Source: Squalus acanthias
Lineage: Eukaryota
Length of the DNA stretch: 64,000 bases
NCBI GenBank assembly: GCA_030390025.1
Contig: CM059431.1
Coordinates: forward strand, 151,468,001 to 151,532,000
Direction of reading: 5' to 3'
Each line of letters starts with the position of its first letter. The first letter of the stretch is position 1. This document shows, in pieces, positions 10,795-23,073 of the stretch. A program made the translations under genes and the position numbers. A model generated the notes under the pieces. That model made no database searches. It was not told the DNA's origin and worked only from the letters and a program-made list of their open reading frames with translations.

Positions 10795-13320
10795 CGTTTG
10801 CAGATGATACAAAACTTGGCCGTGTGGTTGATAATGAAGAATAAAGCTGCAGACTGAAGGAAGATATCAATGGACTGGTCTGGTGGGAAGAACAGTGCTA
10901 AATGGAATTCAATCTGGAGAAGTGTGAGGTAATGCATTTCGGGAGGGCTAACATAGAAACATAGAAACATAGAAGATAGGTGCAGGAGTAGTCCATATGG
11001 CCCCTCGAGCCTGCTCCGCCATTCGATGAGATCATGGCTGATCATCCTAACTCAGTACCCTGTAGCTGCCTTCTCCCTATATCCCTTGATACCTTTAGCT
11101 TTAAGAAATATTTCTAACTCATTCTTGAATATATTTAATGACTTGGCCTCAACTACCTTCTGTGGTAGAGAATTCGACAGGTTAACCACTCTCTGGGTGA
11201 ATAAATTCTTCCTCATTTCTGTCCTAAATGGCTTACCCCTTATGCTTAGATTATGACCCCTGGTTCTGGACTCTCTGACCATCGGGAACATTCTTCCTGC
11301 ATCTATTTGTCCAGACCTGTCAGAATTGTATATGTTTAGATGAGATCCCCACTCATTCTTCTATAATCCAGCGAGTATAAGCCCAATCGACCAATCTCTC
11401 CTCATATGTCATTCCTGCCATCCCAGGTATCAGCCTTGTGAATCTTCGCTGAGCTCCTTCCATGGCAAGAACATCCTTCCTCAGATAAGGCGAACAAAAC
11501 TACACACAGTACACAAGGTGTGGTCTCACCAAGGCCCTGTACAACTGCAACAGGACATCCCTGTTCCTATACTCAAACTCTTTCGCTATGAAGGCCAACA
11601 TACAATTTGCCTTCTTCTCCGCCTGCTGCACCTGCATGCTGACCTTCAGCGACTGGTGTACAAGGACACCCAGGTCTCGTTGCACTTCCCCTTCTCCCAA
11701 TCTATTGCCATTCAGATAAAAGTCTGCCTTTCTTTTTTTGACACCAAAGTGGAAAACCTCGCATTTATCCACGTTCTATTGCATCTGCCACGCTTCTGCC
11801 CACTTATCCAACCTGTCCAAATCATCCTGGAGTTTATCGGTATCCTCCTCGCTGCACACACTCCCAACCAGCTTTGTGTCATCTGCAAACTTGGAGATAT
11901 TACATTTAGTTCCCTTATCTAGATCATTAATGTATATTGTGAATAGCTGGGGTCCAAGGACCGATCCCTGTGGTACCCCACTAGTCACTCTTGCCACTCG
12001 GAAAAAGACTCATTACTTCCTACTCTCTGCTTTCTGTCCGCCAACCAGTTCTCTATCCAAGTCAATACCTTTCCCCCAATCCCATGTGCCTTAAATTTAC
12101 ATGCTAATTTCTGATGTGGGACCTTAGCGAAAGCCTTTTGAAAGTCCTAATACACCACATTTACTGCTTCTCCCTAATCTATTTTCCCAGTTACATCCTC
12201 AAAAAATTCCAGTAGATAAGTCAAGCACGATATAACTTTTGTAAATCAATGTTGACTTTGTCCGATCCTGTCACTGTTTTTCAAGTGCTCAGCTATTACA
12301 TCCTTTACAATGGACTCGAGCATTTTGCCCACTACCAATGTCAGGCTTACCGGTCTGTAATTCCCCGCTTTCTCTCTCCCACCCTTTTTGAATAGTGGGG
12401 TAACATTAGCCACCCTCTAATCCATGGGTACATTTCCAGATTCCATCGAATGTTGGAAGATGATCAACAATGCATCTACTGTTTCTAGGGCCACTTCCTT
12501 AAGTACCCTAGGATGTAGATTATCAAGCCCTGGAGTTTTATCGGCCTTCAAGGCAAGCGAATACACAATAAATGGCAGGAAACTGTGAAGTGCAGAGGAT
12601 CAGAGGGACCTTGGAGTGCATGTCCACAGATCCCTGAAGGTAGCAGGCCAGGTAGACAAGATGTTGAAGAAGGCATACAGGATACTTGTCTTTATTTGCC
12701 GATGCATAGAATATAAGAGCAGGGAGGTTATGCTAGAATTGCATAAAACACTAGTTAGGCCACAACTTGAATACTGCGTGCCGTTGTGGTCACCACATTA
12801 CAGGAAGGATGTGATTGCACTAGAGAGGGTGCAGAGGAGGTTTACGAGGATGTTGCCTGGGCTGGGGAAATTTAGATATGAGGTAAGAATGGATAGGCTG
12901 GGGTTGTTTTTATTGGACCAGATGAGACTGAGGCGAGACATATTTGAGGTATATAAAATTATGAGGTCCTAGAGAGAGTGGGTAGGAGGAACCTATTTCG
13001 CTTAGCAGAAGGATCAATAACCAGGGGGCATAGACATAAAGTAACTGTTGATTGGTTCGAGGGAAGTTGAGGGAAAAGTATTTCACCCATATGGTGATGG
13101 GGTGTCTGAGAACTAATTTCCTGAATGGATCTTAGAAGCAGAAACACTCATCACATTTAAAAAGTACTTGGATATGAAATTGATGTGCCATAAACTACAG
13201 CGCTGCGGACCAAGTGCTGCGGAATGGGATTCGGGTTGATAGCTCTTTGTCGGCCGACATGGACAGGATGGGACAAATGGCCTCCTTTTGTGCTGTGAGT
13301 TTCTATGATTCCATGACTAG
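10795..13320 (+). mobile_element. Older CR1 RT/3' fragment (10795-10951 plus 12550-13320), host of a nested CR1
   Basis: FADDTKL...HVHRSLKVAGQVDK...YRKDVIALERVQRRFTRMLPGL; uninterrupted paralogs at ~28205-29120, ~33700-34625, ~37940-38850. Confidence 0.85.
10952..12549 (-). mobile_element. 5'-truncated CR1 LINE nested antisense inside another CR1
   Basis: (CATAGAAA)n tail at 10952; RT motifs [10 protein letters not shown] and KFADD on the minus strand with several stops/frameshifts; empty site GGGCTAACAAGGCA at ~28352. Confidence 0.9.
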
Positions 13321-14089
13321 CATAGATGCATTCAAAGGAAGCTAGATACACACTTGAGGGAGATAGGAATAGAAGGATATGCTGATTGGGTTGGATGAAG
13401 AGGCGGTTTGAACTAGGCTCGTGTGGAGCATAAACATCAGCACAGAGAATTAGGGCCGAATGGCTTGTGTCTGTGTTGTAGACTCGTTGTAACACGAGGA
13501 TACGAAGTAAAGTTTGGGAGCATGTTCCACTGTATGAAAGCCACGAATGCTCAGCCAAAATAAATGAGCGGTTGCGGAACACTTTTCAAACTGCTAAGAC
13601 CGGAAACCAGTAAGCTGTATTTCAAATATTGCCTTGTCCGAAATTTCGAAAGTTACAGGCGAGGAATTGGGGAAAAGAAACATTTGAGAGCGGAAAGGAA
13701 ACTTTAGAAAACATGACAGGAAGCAGTCAGAAAGAAGAGTAATACAGACTAACAACGCCCCACACTCAGAAAGTCGAGTTCGAATCAATCAATCGAAATT
13801 CAATAGATGCACTCAGATTGTAGCCAACAATAGAAGCAATCATTGATCTTTCCCCTGAGATCTGTGCTGATTGGGCGGCGTTTCAGGCAACTGACTATCT
13901 GTCGTCACATGCTGAAAATGATTCATATTTATATTGGCATTTATATCTATAGGAAACCTCACTCGGGACAGTCCGATTACACAATGATTTACATTAGTCA
14001 CCCTCACTGGACCAAACAGATTCAGACATCATCTGGTGTTGTTTTGATATTAATAAATCGGTTAAACACTTTATATGCACTGCCTGAAG

Positions 14090-15095
14090 GTAGATAAAGG
14101 TGTAACTGAGTACAGTGAATGAATAAGTGAGACGCCAGCAGAGTGAGATAGATAAATGTGAGACTGAGTACAATGAGTGATACAGAGAGACACCAGCAGA
14201 GGGAGATAGATAAAGGTGAGACTGAGTACAGTGATACAGAGAGACACCAGCAGAGGGAGAGAGATAAAGGTGAGACTGAGTACGCTGATAGAGAGAGACA
14301 CCAGCAGAGGGAGAGAGATAAACGTGAATGAGTACAGACTGAGTACACTGATAGAGAGAGACACCAGCAGAGGGAGAGAGATAAACGTGAAAATGAGTAC
14401 AGTGAGTGATAGAGAGAGACACCAGCAGAGGGAGAGAGATAAAGGTAAGACTGAGTACAGTGAGTGATAGAGAGAGATACCAGCAGAGGGAGATAGATAA
14501 AGGTGAAACTGTGTACAGTGAGTGATAGAGAGAGACACCAGCAGAGGGAGAGAGATAAAGGTGAGACTGAGTACAGTGAGTGATAGAGAGACACCAGCAG
14601 AGGGAGAGAGATAAAGGTGAGACTGAGTACAGTGATAGAGAGAGACACCAGCAGAGGGAGAGAGATAAAGGCGAGACTGAGAACAGTGATAGAGAGAGAC
14701 ATCAGCAGAGGGAGAGAGATAAAGGTGAAACTGAGTACAGTGAGTGATAGAGAGAGACACCAGCAGAGGGAGAGAGATAAAGGTGAAACTGTTAACATTG
14801 AGTGATGGAGAGAGACACCAGCGGAGGGAGAAGGATTGAGACTGAGTACAGTGAGTGATAGAGAGAGACACCAGCAGAGGGAGAGAGATAAAGGTGAAAC
14901 TGTTAACATTGAGTGATGGAGAGAGACACCAGCGGAGGGAGAAGGATAATGGTGAGACTGAGTACAGTGAGTGATAGAGAGAGACACCAGCAGAGGGAGA
15001 GAGATAAAGGTGAAACTGAGTACAGTGAGTGACAGAGAGACACCAGCAGAGGGAGAGAGAAAAAGGTGAGACTGAGTCCGGTGAGTGATACAGGG
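14090..15095. repeat. 58-bp purine-rich minisatellite, about 17 units
   Basis: Unit GAGACTGAGTACAGTGAGTGATAGAGAGAGACACCAGCAGAGGGAGAGAGATAAAGGT; shorter paralogous arrays at ~29890-30300, ~35400-35555, ~39205-39340. Confidence 0.92.
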
Positions 15096-15109
15096 AGACG
15101 TTAAACACA

Positions 15110-16430
15110 TTAATCGGGACAAAATTAACAGTCACTTGGATAGCTTTGGATTAATTAAGGAAGCCAGCACCGATTACTTACAGCCAAATCCTGTTCAACC
15201 AATTTAGTCTCGTATTTTGATAATGTAACAGAGAGGGTTGATACGGGTGATGTGATTGATGTAGTAAACATGGATTTACAAAAGGCGTTCGACAAAGTGC
15301 CACATAATAGGATCGCCAGCAAAGTTGAAGGTCATGGAATAAAAGGAACAGTGGCAACATGGATACGAAATTGGCTAAATGATAAGAAACAGAGAATAGT
15401 GGTGAAGGGTCTTTATTCGGTCAGGAGGAACGTATAAAGTGGACTTCACCAGATGTCGGTTCTAGGACCACTGCTTTTTTTGATATATATTAATGACATT
15501 TACGTTGGTGTAAAGGGCACAATTTCAAAATTTGCAGATGACACAAAACTTGTAAGTAACGTGAACAGTGAGGAGGAGAGTTATAGACTTCAGGAAGACA
15601 TAAACAGGAGGGTGAAATGGGCGGACAAGTGGCAGATGAATTTTAACGCAGATAAGTGTGAAGGGATACATTTTGGTAGAACATATGAGCAGAGAACATA
15701 TAAATTAAATGGTACAATAATAAAGTGGGTGCACGAGCAGAGACATGTTTATGTGTAAAAATCGTTGAAGGTGGCAAGGCAGTTTGAGAAAACAATTAAA
15801 AAGGCATATGGTTCCTGGGCTTCATAAATAGAGTACAAAAGTGTGTAAGTTATGATGAACTTGTATAAAACACTGGTACGGCCCCAACTGGAGTAAGGTG
15901 TCCAATTTTTGGCAGCAAACTTTAGGAAGGATATGAAGGCCTTAGAGAGAGAGTGCAGAAAATATTTACGAGAATGATTCCAGGATGAGGGACTTCAGTT
16001 ACATTGATAGACTGGAGAAGCTGAGGTTTTTATCCTCGGAGCAGCGAAGATTGAGAGGAGATTTGATCGATGTGCTCAAAATCATGAGGGGCCTGGAAGG
16101 AGTAGATAGAGAGAAACTGTTCCCTTTGGCAGAGGGGTCGAGCACCAGAGGACACAGATTTAAGTTGATTAGCAAAAGAATCAAAGGCCACGTAATAAAA
16201 CACTTTTCTACACAGCGATGGATTAAGATCTGGAATGCACTCCCTGAATGAGTGGTGGAGGCAGAGTCAATCTTATCTTTCAAACGGGAGTTGGATATAT
16301 ATCTGAAGGAAAATGAAATCAGGGCTACGGGAAAAGTCGTGGGAGTGGGTCTAGCTGAGAGTCGGCATGGGTTCGATGGGCCGAATGGCCTTGTTCCGTG
16401 CTTGTAACCATTCTATGATTTCATTCTATG
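15110..16430 (+). mobile_element. Degenerate CR1 RT-to-3' end fragment (paralogs ~30480-31765, ~35570-36780)
   Basis: DLQKAFDKVPH, SVLGPLLFLIYIND, KFADD, TRGHRFK, tail TTCTATGA. Confidence 0.85.
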
Positions 16431-16776
16431 ACTCTAACTAGTCCTGCGATCTTCAAAGATTTGTCTACATAACACCCCGGCGGTGAGATTAAGGAGAAGG
16501 GAGTCAGATAGGGGACAAGGTTGAGATCGAGGAGTAGGGATCAGATTGAAGAGAAGAGTTCAGATTCAGGAGAAAGTGCGATTTCAGTTCTGAGGAGACT
16601 CGGGGCAATTTGATGCCTGTTAGTGTGTTTGAGATAGATTGTGCTGAGAAGAGGAGTCGAACTGAAGCCATGAAGTGACGGTGCGTGTGTTCAGAGTGCA
16701 GCTGTGGACAGGAAGTGAAGGGAATGTAATTCCCTACCACAGCCATTCAGTGCCGCTGTTTCATTGGCACCTTCGA

Positions 16777-16851
16777 GCCCGGATATCTCAGTCGGTAGAG
16801 CATCAGACTTTTAATATTTGAGGGTCTAGCGATCTCGTCACTGTTCGAGTG
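16777..16851 (+). tRNA. tRNA-Lys(TTT)-derived copy; near-intact 5' half, degraded T-arm/B box
   Basis: GCCCGGATATCTCAGTCGGTAGAGCATCAGACTTTTAA matches tRNA-Lys-TTT with one mismatch; 2-nt insertion after the anticodon loop; B box lost. Confidence 0.75.
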
Positions 16852-17059
16852 CTGCTTTAATCAATGGAAACAACAATTTGAGCACCAACGTTGATTATAA
16901 CCTATCATAAAAATCGTTTTAAAATTGAAAAATATTCATGTATTTTATTGAGACATAAGTAAGATTTGAAATAAAGAAAGATAAAATCATGGCTGATCTG
17001 TATCCGATCTCCATGCTCCGCCTTGGCTCCATATCATTTATATGCCCGTGTAAAACCTT

Positions 17060-17680
17060 ACCGATCCTCTCTGGCTGCAGGTGTGGTGTCAGATGACTAG
17101 AGAACTGCTAACGTGGGACCGTTGTTTAAAAAGGGAGAAAGGGATAGATCGAGTAATTACAGGTCAGTCAGTGTAACCTCCGTGGTGGGACAATTACTGA
17201 AAACATTCTGAGGGACAGGGTAAAAAATCATTTGGAAAGACACGGATTAATGAGGGACAGTCAGTATGGATTTGTTAAGGGAAGGTCGTGTCTGACTGAC
17301 TTGATTGAGGCATAGAATATAAGAGCAGGGAGGTTATGCTTGAACCTGTATAAAACACTATTTAGTCCGCAATGTTAATACTACGTGCAATTCTGTTCGC
17401 CAGATTACAGGAAGAATGTGATTGCTTTCGAGTTGGTGCAGAGGAGGTTTCCGAGGATGATGCCTGGGCTGAGGAATTTCCGCAATGAGGAAAGATTGGA
17501 TAGGCTGATGTTGTTTTATTTGGAATAGAGGAGGCTGAGGGGAGACCTTATTGAGGTGTTTAAAATTATGACGGGCCTAGATAGAGTGAATAGGAACGAC
17601 CTAATTCCCTCAGCAGAAGGATCAATAACCAGGTGGCAAAAATTTAAAGTAATTGGTAGAAGGTTTAGAGGGGATTTGAG
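17060..17680 (+). mobile_element. CR1 fragment with internal deletion near 17310 (longer paralog at ~41270-42752)
   Basis: NYRSVSVTSVVG-like segment joined directly to the GIEYKSREV segment. Confidence 0.7.
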
Positions 17681-17840
17681 GTGCGCCCGCTCTAATTAAC
17701 ACTGGACACCATCAAGGGTCATCTTGTATTTGTTGACAATCTGCTCCCCAGACAGTGAGTGTTCGCATTTAATCAACGTGTTTCAATATGTGCAACCAAG
17801 CTTAGTAATTACCGAAAGGAATGAACTCGCGGGATTTCCA

Positions 17841-17856
17841 GATTGGTATAAATATA
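17841..17856 (+). promoter_or_regulatory. Candidate TATA box (TATAAATA 17847-17854) with adjacent inverted CCAAT, upstream of the GPR139-like exon 1 remnant
   Basis: GATTGGTATAAATATA lies about 80 nt before the ATG at 17933. Confidence 0.45.
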
Positions 17857-18511
17857 GACACCCAGACTGCACTCTATTATTCTGTCAGTCAGATCTTGTA
17901 GCTTCAACAGAGGCCATTAACTCCTGCAAAGGATGAACTTCATGTTGCTGTTCAAAATTCAGCTATATTTCTATTACATCCTTGCTGTAATCGGTATTCC
18001 AAATAAATAATATCAGAAATTTGAAAAGAATAAATTCTCTGCTTAAAGCTCGAAATTGATCAGCCTGTTTCTCTCGTGTCTACCTCCTCTATATGGTTAA
18101 TTGTATGTTAGGAATATTTACACCCTCAGGATGAAGCTATTGTTTGGATTACATACTAGATAACCATAGAGTATTACAGCGCAGGGATTCGAAAGAGTGG
18201 ATAGGGAGAAACTGTTTCCACTGGCAGGAGGGTCGGTGACCAGCGACACAGATTTAATGTCATTGGAAAAATAACCAGAAAGGAGATGACTTTTTTTTGA
18301 CGCAGCTTTTTATTGTGATCTGGAATGCACTGCCTGATAGGGTGATGGGATCAGATTCAATAGTAACTTCCAAAAGGGAATTGAATAAATACTTGAAATG
18401 AAAAAAAAAAAGTAGGTCTATGGGGAACGAGAAGTGTGAGTGGCATATAAATGGATAGCTCTTTCAAACATCCGGCACAGGCAAGATGAATCGAATGGAA
18501 CCTTAATTTAA

Positions 18512-19390
18512 TGTATTCGTTCTGGGATGTGGGCGTAGCTGGCTAGACGAGCATTTAATACCCATTCCTAATTGCTCATGAGAAGGTGGTGGTGAGCAGC
18601 CTCCTTGAACGGCTGGAGTCCTTGTGGTGAAGTTACTGACACAGTGCTGTCAGGGAGGGAGTTCCAGGATTTTGACCCAGCGACGATGAAGGAACGGCGA
18701 TATACTTCCAAGTCAGGTGGTGTGCAACTTGGAGGGGTACTTGAAGGTGGTGGTGTTCCCATGAGCCTGTTACCATTCTCCTTCTAGGTGGAAGATGTCG
18801 CAGGTTTGAGAGGTGCTGCCGAAGAAGCCTTGGCAAGTTGCTGCAGTGCATCTTGTAGATGGTACACACTGCTGCCACGCTACGTCGGTGGTGGAGGTAG
18901 TGAATGATTAAGGTTGTGCATGGGATGGAAATCAAGAGGGCTGTTTTGTGCTGGATGGTGACGAGCTTCTTGAGACCTCTTGGAGCTGCACTCATCCAGG
19001 CAAGTTGTATATATTCCAACACACTCCTGACTTGTGCCTTGTAGATGGTGGAAACGCACTGGGAATTCAGGAGGTGAAACTCTCGCCGCAGAATACCCAG
19101 CCACTGATCCGATCTTGCTGCCATAATATTGATATCGCTGTTTCAGTTAAGTTTTTGTTCAATGGTGACCCCAGGATGTTGATAGTGAGGGATTTGGTGA
19201 CGGTAATGCCGTTGAATGTCAAGGGGCTTTGCTTAGACTCTCTCTTGTTGCAGTTAGTCATTGCCTGGCAGTTGCCTGGCGCGAAAGTTACTTGCCACTT
19301 ATCAAACCAAGCCTGAATGTCATACAATGTAACCCCCAGAATGTTAATGGTGAGAGATTCGGCGATTGTAATGCCGGTAAATATCATGTG
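18512..19390 (-). mobile_element. LINE 3' fragment of a second CR1-group family
   Basis: TIYKAQVRSVLEY..LAWMSAA..LKKL..IQ; RRSVAAVCTIYKMHC; SWNSLP; EAAHHHLL; 3' end with GCCCACATCCC. Confidence 0.75.
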
Positions 19391-19464
19391 GAGGTGCTCC
19401 CGTTCTGTCTTGTATGGTCCTCTGATTCACAGGAGGATGCTATTTCTTCCCACTGTTTCTTGTT

Positions 19465-20502
19465 TTAATTAGTTTATGGGATGTGGGCGCCCCTGGCAAG
19501 GCCAGCATTTATTTCCCATCCCTAATTGCCCTTGAAATGGTGGTGGTGGGCCGCCTTCTTGAACCGCTCCAGTCCGTGTGGTGATGGTACTCCCACAGTG
19601 CTGTTAGGTAGGTTGTTGCAGGATTTTAACCAGCAACAATGAAGGATCAGCAATATACTTCTAAGTCAGGATAGTGTGTGACTTGGAGGGGATCTTGGAG
19701 GTGATAGTGTTGCCATGCGCCTGCTGCCCTTGCCCTTCTAGGTGGAAGAGTTCGCTGGTTTGTGAGGTGTTGCCGAAGAAGCCTTGGCGAGTTGCTGCAG
19801 TCAATCTTGTAGATGGTACACACTGCAGCCACGGTACGCCGGTGGTGGAGGGTGTGAATGTTTAAGGTGGGAGATCGATTGCCAATCAAGCGGCCTGTTT
19901 TGTCCTGGATGGTGTTGAGCTTCGTGAGTGTTGTTGGAGCTTCACTCATCCAGGCAAGTGGAGAGTATTCCATCACACTCCTTACTTGTGCCTTGTAGAT
20001 GGTAGAAAGGCAGGGGAGTCGGGTGAGACACTCACCGCAGAATACCTAGCCTCTGACCTGCTCTTGTTGCCAAAGTATTTATGTGGCTGGTCCAGTTAAG
20101 TTTCAGTTCAATGGTGACCCCCAGGAGGTTGATGGTGGGGGATTCGGCGATGGTAATGCCATTGAATGTCATGGGGCGGTGGATAGACTCTCGCTTGTTG
20201 GAGATAGTCATTGCCTGGCACTCCTGTGGCGCGAATGTTACCAGCCATTAATCAGCCCAAGCCTGAACGTCGTCCAGATCTTGTTGCATGCGGGCTTGGA
20301 CTGCTTCATTATCTGAGAAGTTGTGAATGGCACTGAACACTATGCAGTCATCAGCGAACATCCCCCATTTATGACGTTATGTTGGAGGGAAGGTCATTGA
20401 CGAAGCAGATGGAGATAGTTGGGCCTAGGACACTGAGATGAGAAACTCCTGCAGCGATGTCCTGCGGCTGGGACGATTGACCGTCAATCATCACAACCAT
20501 CT
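19465..20502 (-). mobile_element. Second tandem copy of the same LINE family, reaching the RT FADD motif
   Basis: MMEYSPLAWMSEAPTTLTKLNTIQDK; TCATCAGCGAACAT (MFADD on minus) at ~20348-20361; another fragment at ~49236-49545. Confidence 0.75.
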
Positions 20503-20914
20503 TCTATAAGGAGTCTTCCTCAGGGCAATCGAAAACCAATCCCAATCCCCAGTTCTATGTGGCATTGCCCTCTGATGAGGTTGATCTCGGACACCAGTGA
20601 AGAACTTTACGTTGAGCATTTGGTGAAAGTGGGAATTCAGTGTTGAGTAGAAGAGAAACTGTGAGTGAGTTAAGCATAAATTGTGTTTTCATTTTAATTC
20701 CAAATGAAATTTAAATTTAATTTCTTACTTAAAGAATCGCTAATCGGCTGGCAGTTAAGCGTCAGTTAGCAGCCTAGTTACCAGTGTATTTAACAGTCTA
20801 GTTACCAGTCACTGGGCAAGTCGTAAATAGACAGAGTGTGATTGGGGGCGAACTGACATGCTGAAAGTAAAGTTTTTTGGGACGTCCCGAGGTCGCTATG
20901 TAGCATGAAATAAA

Positions 20915-22198
20915 GACAAGCATTTTAAAGGACCTTTCACGACCGCAGGACAGCCTAAACACTTTGCACCAAATCAAGAGCTTTTGAAGTGTGTTCACTG
21001 TTGTAATGTAATTAATTGTTCTATCCCACGAACAGCAATGCGGTCCTCTGTTTTAGTGCGGCTGGTTGAGTGATAAATGTTGTCCAGGATAACCTGCTCT
21101 TCCAATAGTGCCATATCATCTTTTACGCCCACAAGAGAGGGCAGACGGGCCTCGGTTTAAAATCTCATCCGAAAAATGGCACCTCCGATAGTGCAGCGCT
21201 CCATCAGTCCTGCACTCCGAAAGGGCAGCGCTCCATCAGTACTGCCTCTCCGACAGTGCAACGCTCCTCAGTACTGCCCCTCCGACTGCGGCGCTCCCAC
21301 AGTACTGCCTCTCCGACAGTGCAGCGCACACTCAGAACTGCCACTGCAACAGTGCAGCGCTCCCTCAGTTATGCCCTTCCGACAGCGTAGCGCTCCCTCA
21401 GTACTATCCCTCCGAAAGTGCAGCGCACCCTCAGTACAGCCCCTCCGACAGTGAGGTGCTCCCTCATAACTGCCGCTGCAACAGTGCAGCGCTCCCTCAG
21501 TACTGCCCCTCCAATAGTGCAGCGCTTCCACAGTACTGCCCCTCCGACGGTGCAGCGCACCCTCAACACTGCCCCTCCGACAGTGCAGTGCTCCCTCAGT
21601 ACTGCCCCTCCGACTGTGCAGCGCTCCCTCAGTACTGCCCCTCCGACAGTGCAGTGCTCCCTCAGTACTGCCCCTCCGACGGTGCAGCGCTCCCTCAACA
21701 CTGCCCCTCCGACAGTGCAGTGCTCCCTCAGTACCGCCCCTCCGACTGGGCAGCGCTCCCTCAGTACTTCCCCTCCGACAGTGCAGTGCTCCCTCAGTAC
21801 TGCATCTCCGACAGTGCAGAGCTCCCTCAGTGTTGCCCCTCCGACTGCGGCGCTCCCTCAGAACTGCCACTGCAACAGTGCAGCGCTCCCTCAGTACTGC
21901 CCCTCCAACAGTGCAGCGCTCCCTCAGTACTGCCCCTCCGACTGTGCAGCGCTCCCTCAGTACTGCCCCTCCGACAGTGCAGTGCTCCCTCAGTACCGCC
22001 CCTCCGACTGTGCAGCGCTCCCTCAGTACTTCCCCTCTGACAGTGCAGTGCTCCCTCAGTACTGTCCCTCCGACAGTGTGGCGCTCCCTCAGAGCTGAAA
22101 ATTGAATTTTTGTCCAGACATTATGCTTAAGTCTCTGGATAGGGGCTTGAACCCACAACCTTCTGATTGAACGGAGACCTGCGAGCCACAGCTGACAC
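20915..22198 (-). mobile_element. Deu-domain SINE with internal 33-bp minisatellite expansion
   Basis: Tail and Deu core (GAGAGGGCAGACGGGCCTCGGTTTAA..TCTCATCCGAAA.ATGGCACC) on the left, head (GGGGCTTGAACCCACAACCTTCTGA) on the right, array between them. Confidence 0.8.
21180..22096. repeat. 33-bp minisatellite, about 28 units, paralog of 1-562
   Basis: Same unit and the same variant unit (CGACTGCGGCGCTCCCTCAGAACTGCCACTGCAA) as the array at the window start. Confidence 0.95.
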
Positions 22199-22671
22199 CT
22201 GACAATACCTTTATTTATGCCTTGGCTCAAACTAAGTTCAGGAAAGAGCTGCTGAATGGGTTGATATTTCCTTTTGCTGTGATTGCTAAGTTAGTTAAAT
22301 TAGTTCAGTGATGTGAACATCAGAATATCCCTGAGTTTGTTCCCACCTGTCAACCATTGATCTGAACATTGGCTTCAGCAACGTGTGCTTGTAGCTGCTT
22401 CCTCCCAAACTGCAGCCGTTAGCATCCTGTGCACTCGGCTACTTCCCCTCTTCGACTTAGAGCACAGTACAGCCCAGCCAGAGGCCGTTCAGCCCATCCT
22501 TTCTGTTCCCTGCTCTACCTAGTTATTTCCACACTCCCTTGCTCTTTCCCCAAAGCCCAGCAAATTGTTTCCGTCAAGTATTTATCCAATACCCGTTTGA
22601 AATACCCTTTTGAAGCGACTAGCAGTTCCCTACCACAGTCACTCAGTCTCGCTGTTTCGGCGATGCTAAAA

Positions 22672-22742
22672 GCCTGGATATCAGTCGGTAGAGCATCAGA
22701 CTTTGAATCTGAGGATACAGTATTCAAGTCCCTTTTTGGGCG
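22672..22742 (+). tRNA. tRNA-Lys-derived copy with anticodon changed to TTG, degenerate
   Basis: GCCTGGATA--TCAGTCGGTAGAGCATCAGACTTTGAATCTGAGG...TTCAAGTCCCTTTTTGGGCG then TTTT; 2-nt D-stem deletion. Confidence 0.7.
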
Positions 22743-22935
22743 CTGCTTTTATCAATGAAATCACCTTTTCATATACAATTTCAAGCAACGACGTTAGATT
22801 ATAAACGGTCATAATATTGTTTTAAGTTGCAAAAAATGAAAAATATTAATGTATTGTATTGAGGCTGCAGGAAAGATCAAATTGAATTGCTCGTGTTTTA
22901 CAGTCCTATAAGGAAGTAAGATTTGAAAATCCTCA

Positions 22936-23008
22936 ACTAAATTAACGCACTTCAACGCTGCACCCTCACATTTAAAATCTGATGATTCCCTGACTGAGAT
23001 AGCCCGAC
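22936..23008 (-). pseudogene. tRNA-Lys-like remnant, convergent with 22672-22742
   Basis: Paralog of 3460-3532 (TAAAATCTGATGATTCCCTGACTGAGATAGCCCGAC). Confidence 0.55.
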
Positions 23009-23073
23009 TCACGCTTTCAATTTTACACAGCGACCTCCAATGGCTAACTTGGAATCTTTCACATTCCGCATTT

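Larger units (their letters stand above)
17933..22311 (+). pseudogene. GPR139-like pseudogene paralog: exon 1 (17933-18002) with destroyed donor, and only the last ~109 nt of exon 2 (22203-22311)
   Basis: 17933 reads MNFMLLFKIQLYFYYILAVIGIP, the TM1 half that would join ANFVTIVIL, then CCAA|ATAAAT instead of CCAG|GTAA. 22203-22311 is near-identical to 1641-1749, and the 3' flank 22312-22600 matches 1750-2040. Confidence 0.8.

Noticed and set aside
13994..15135. 354- and 366-aa hydrophobic ORFs
   Set aside because: They come from the 58-bp array; paralogous loci have only a few units.
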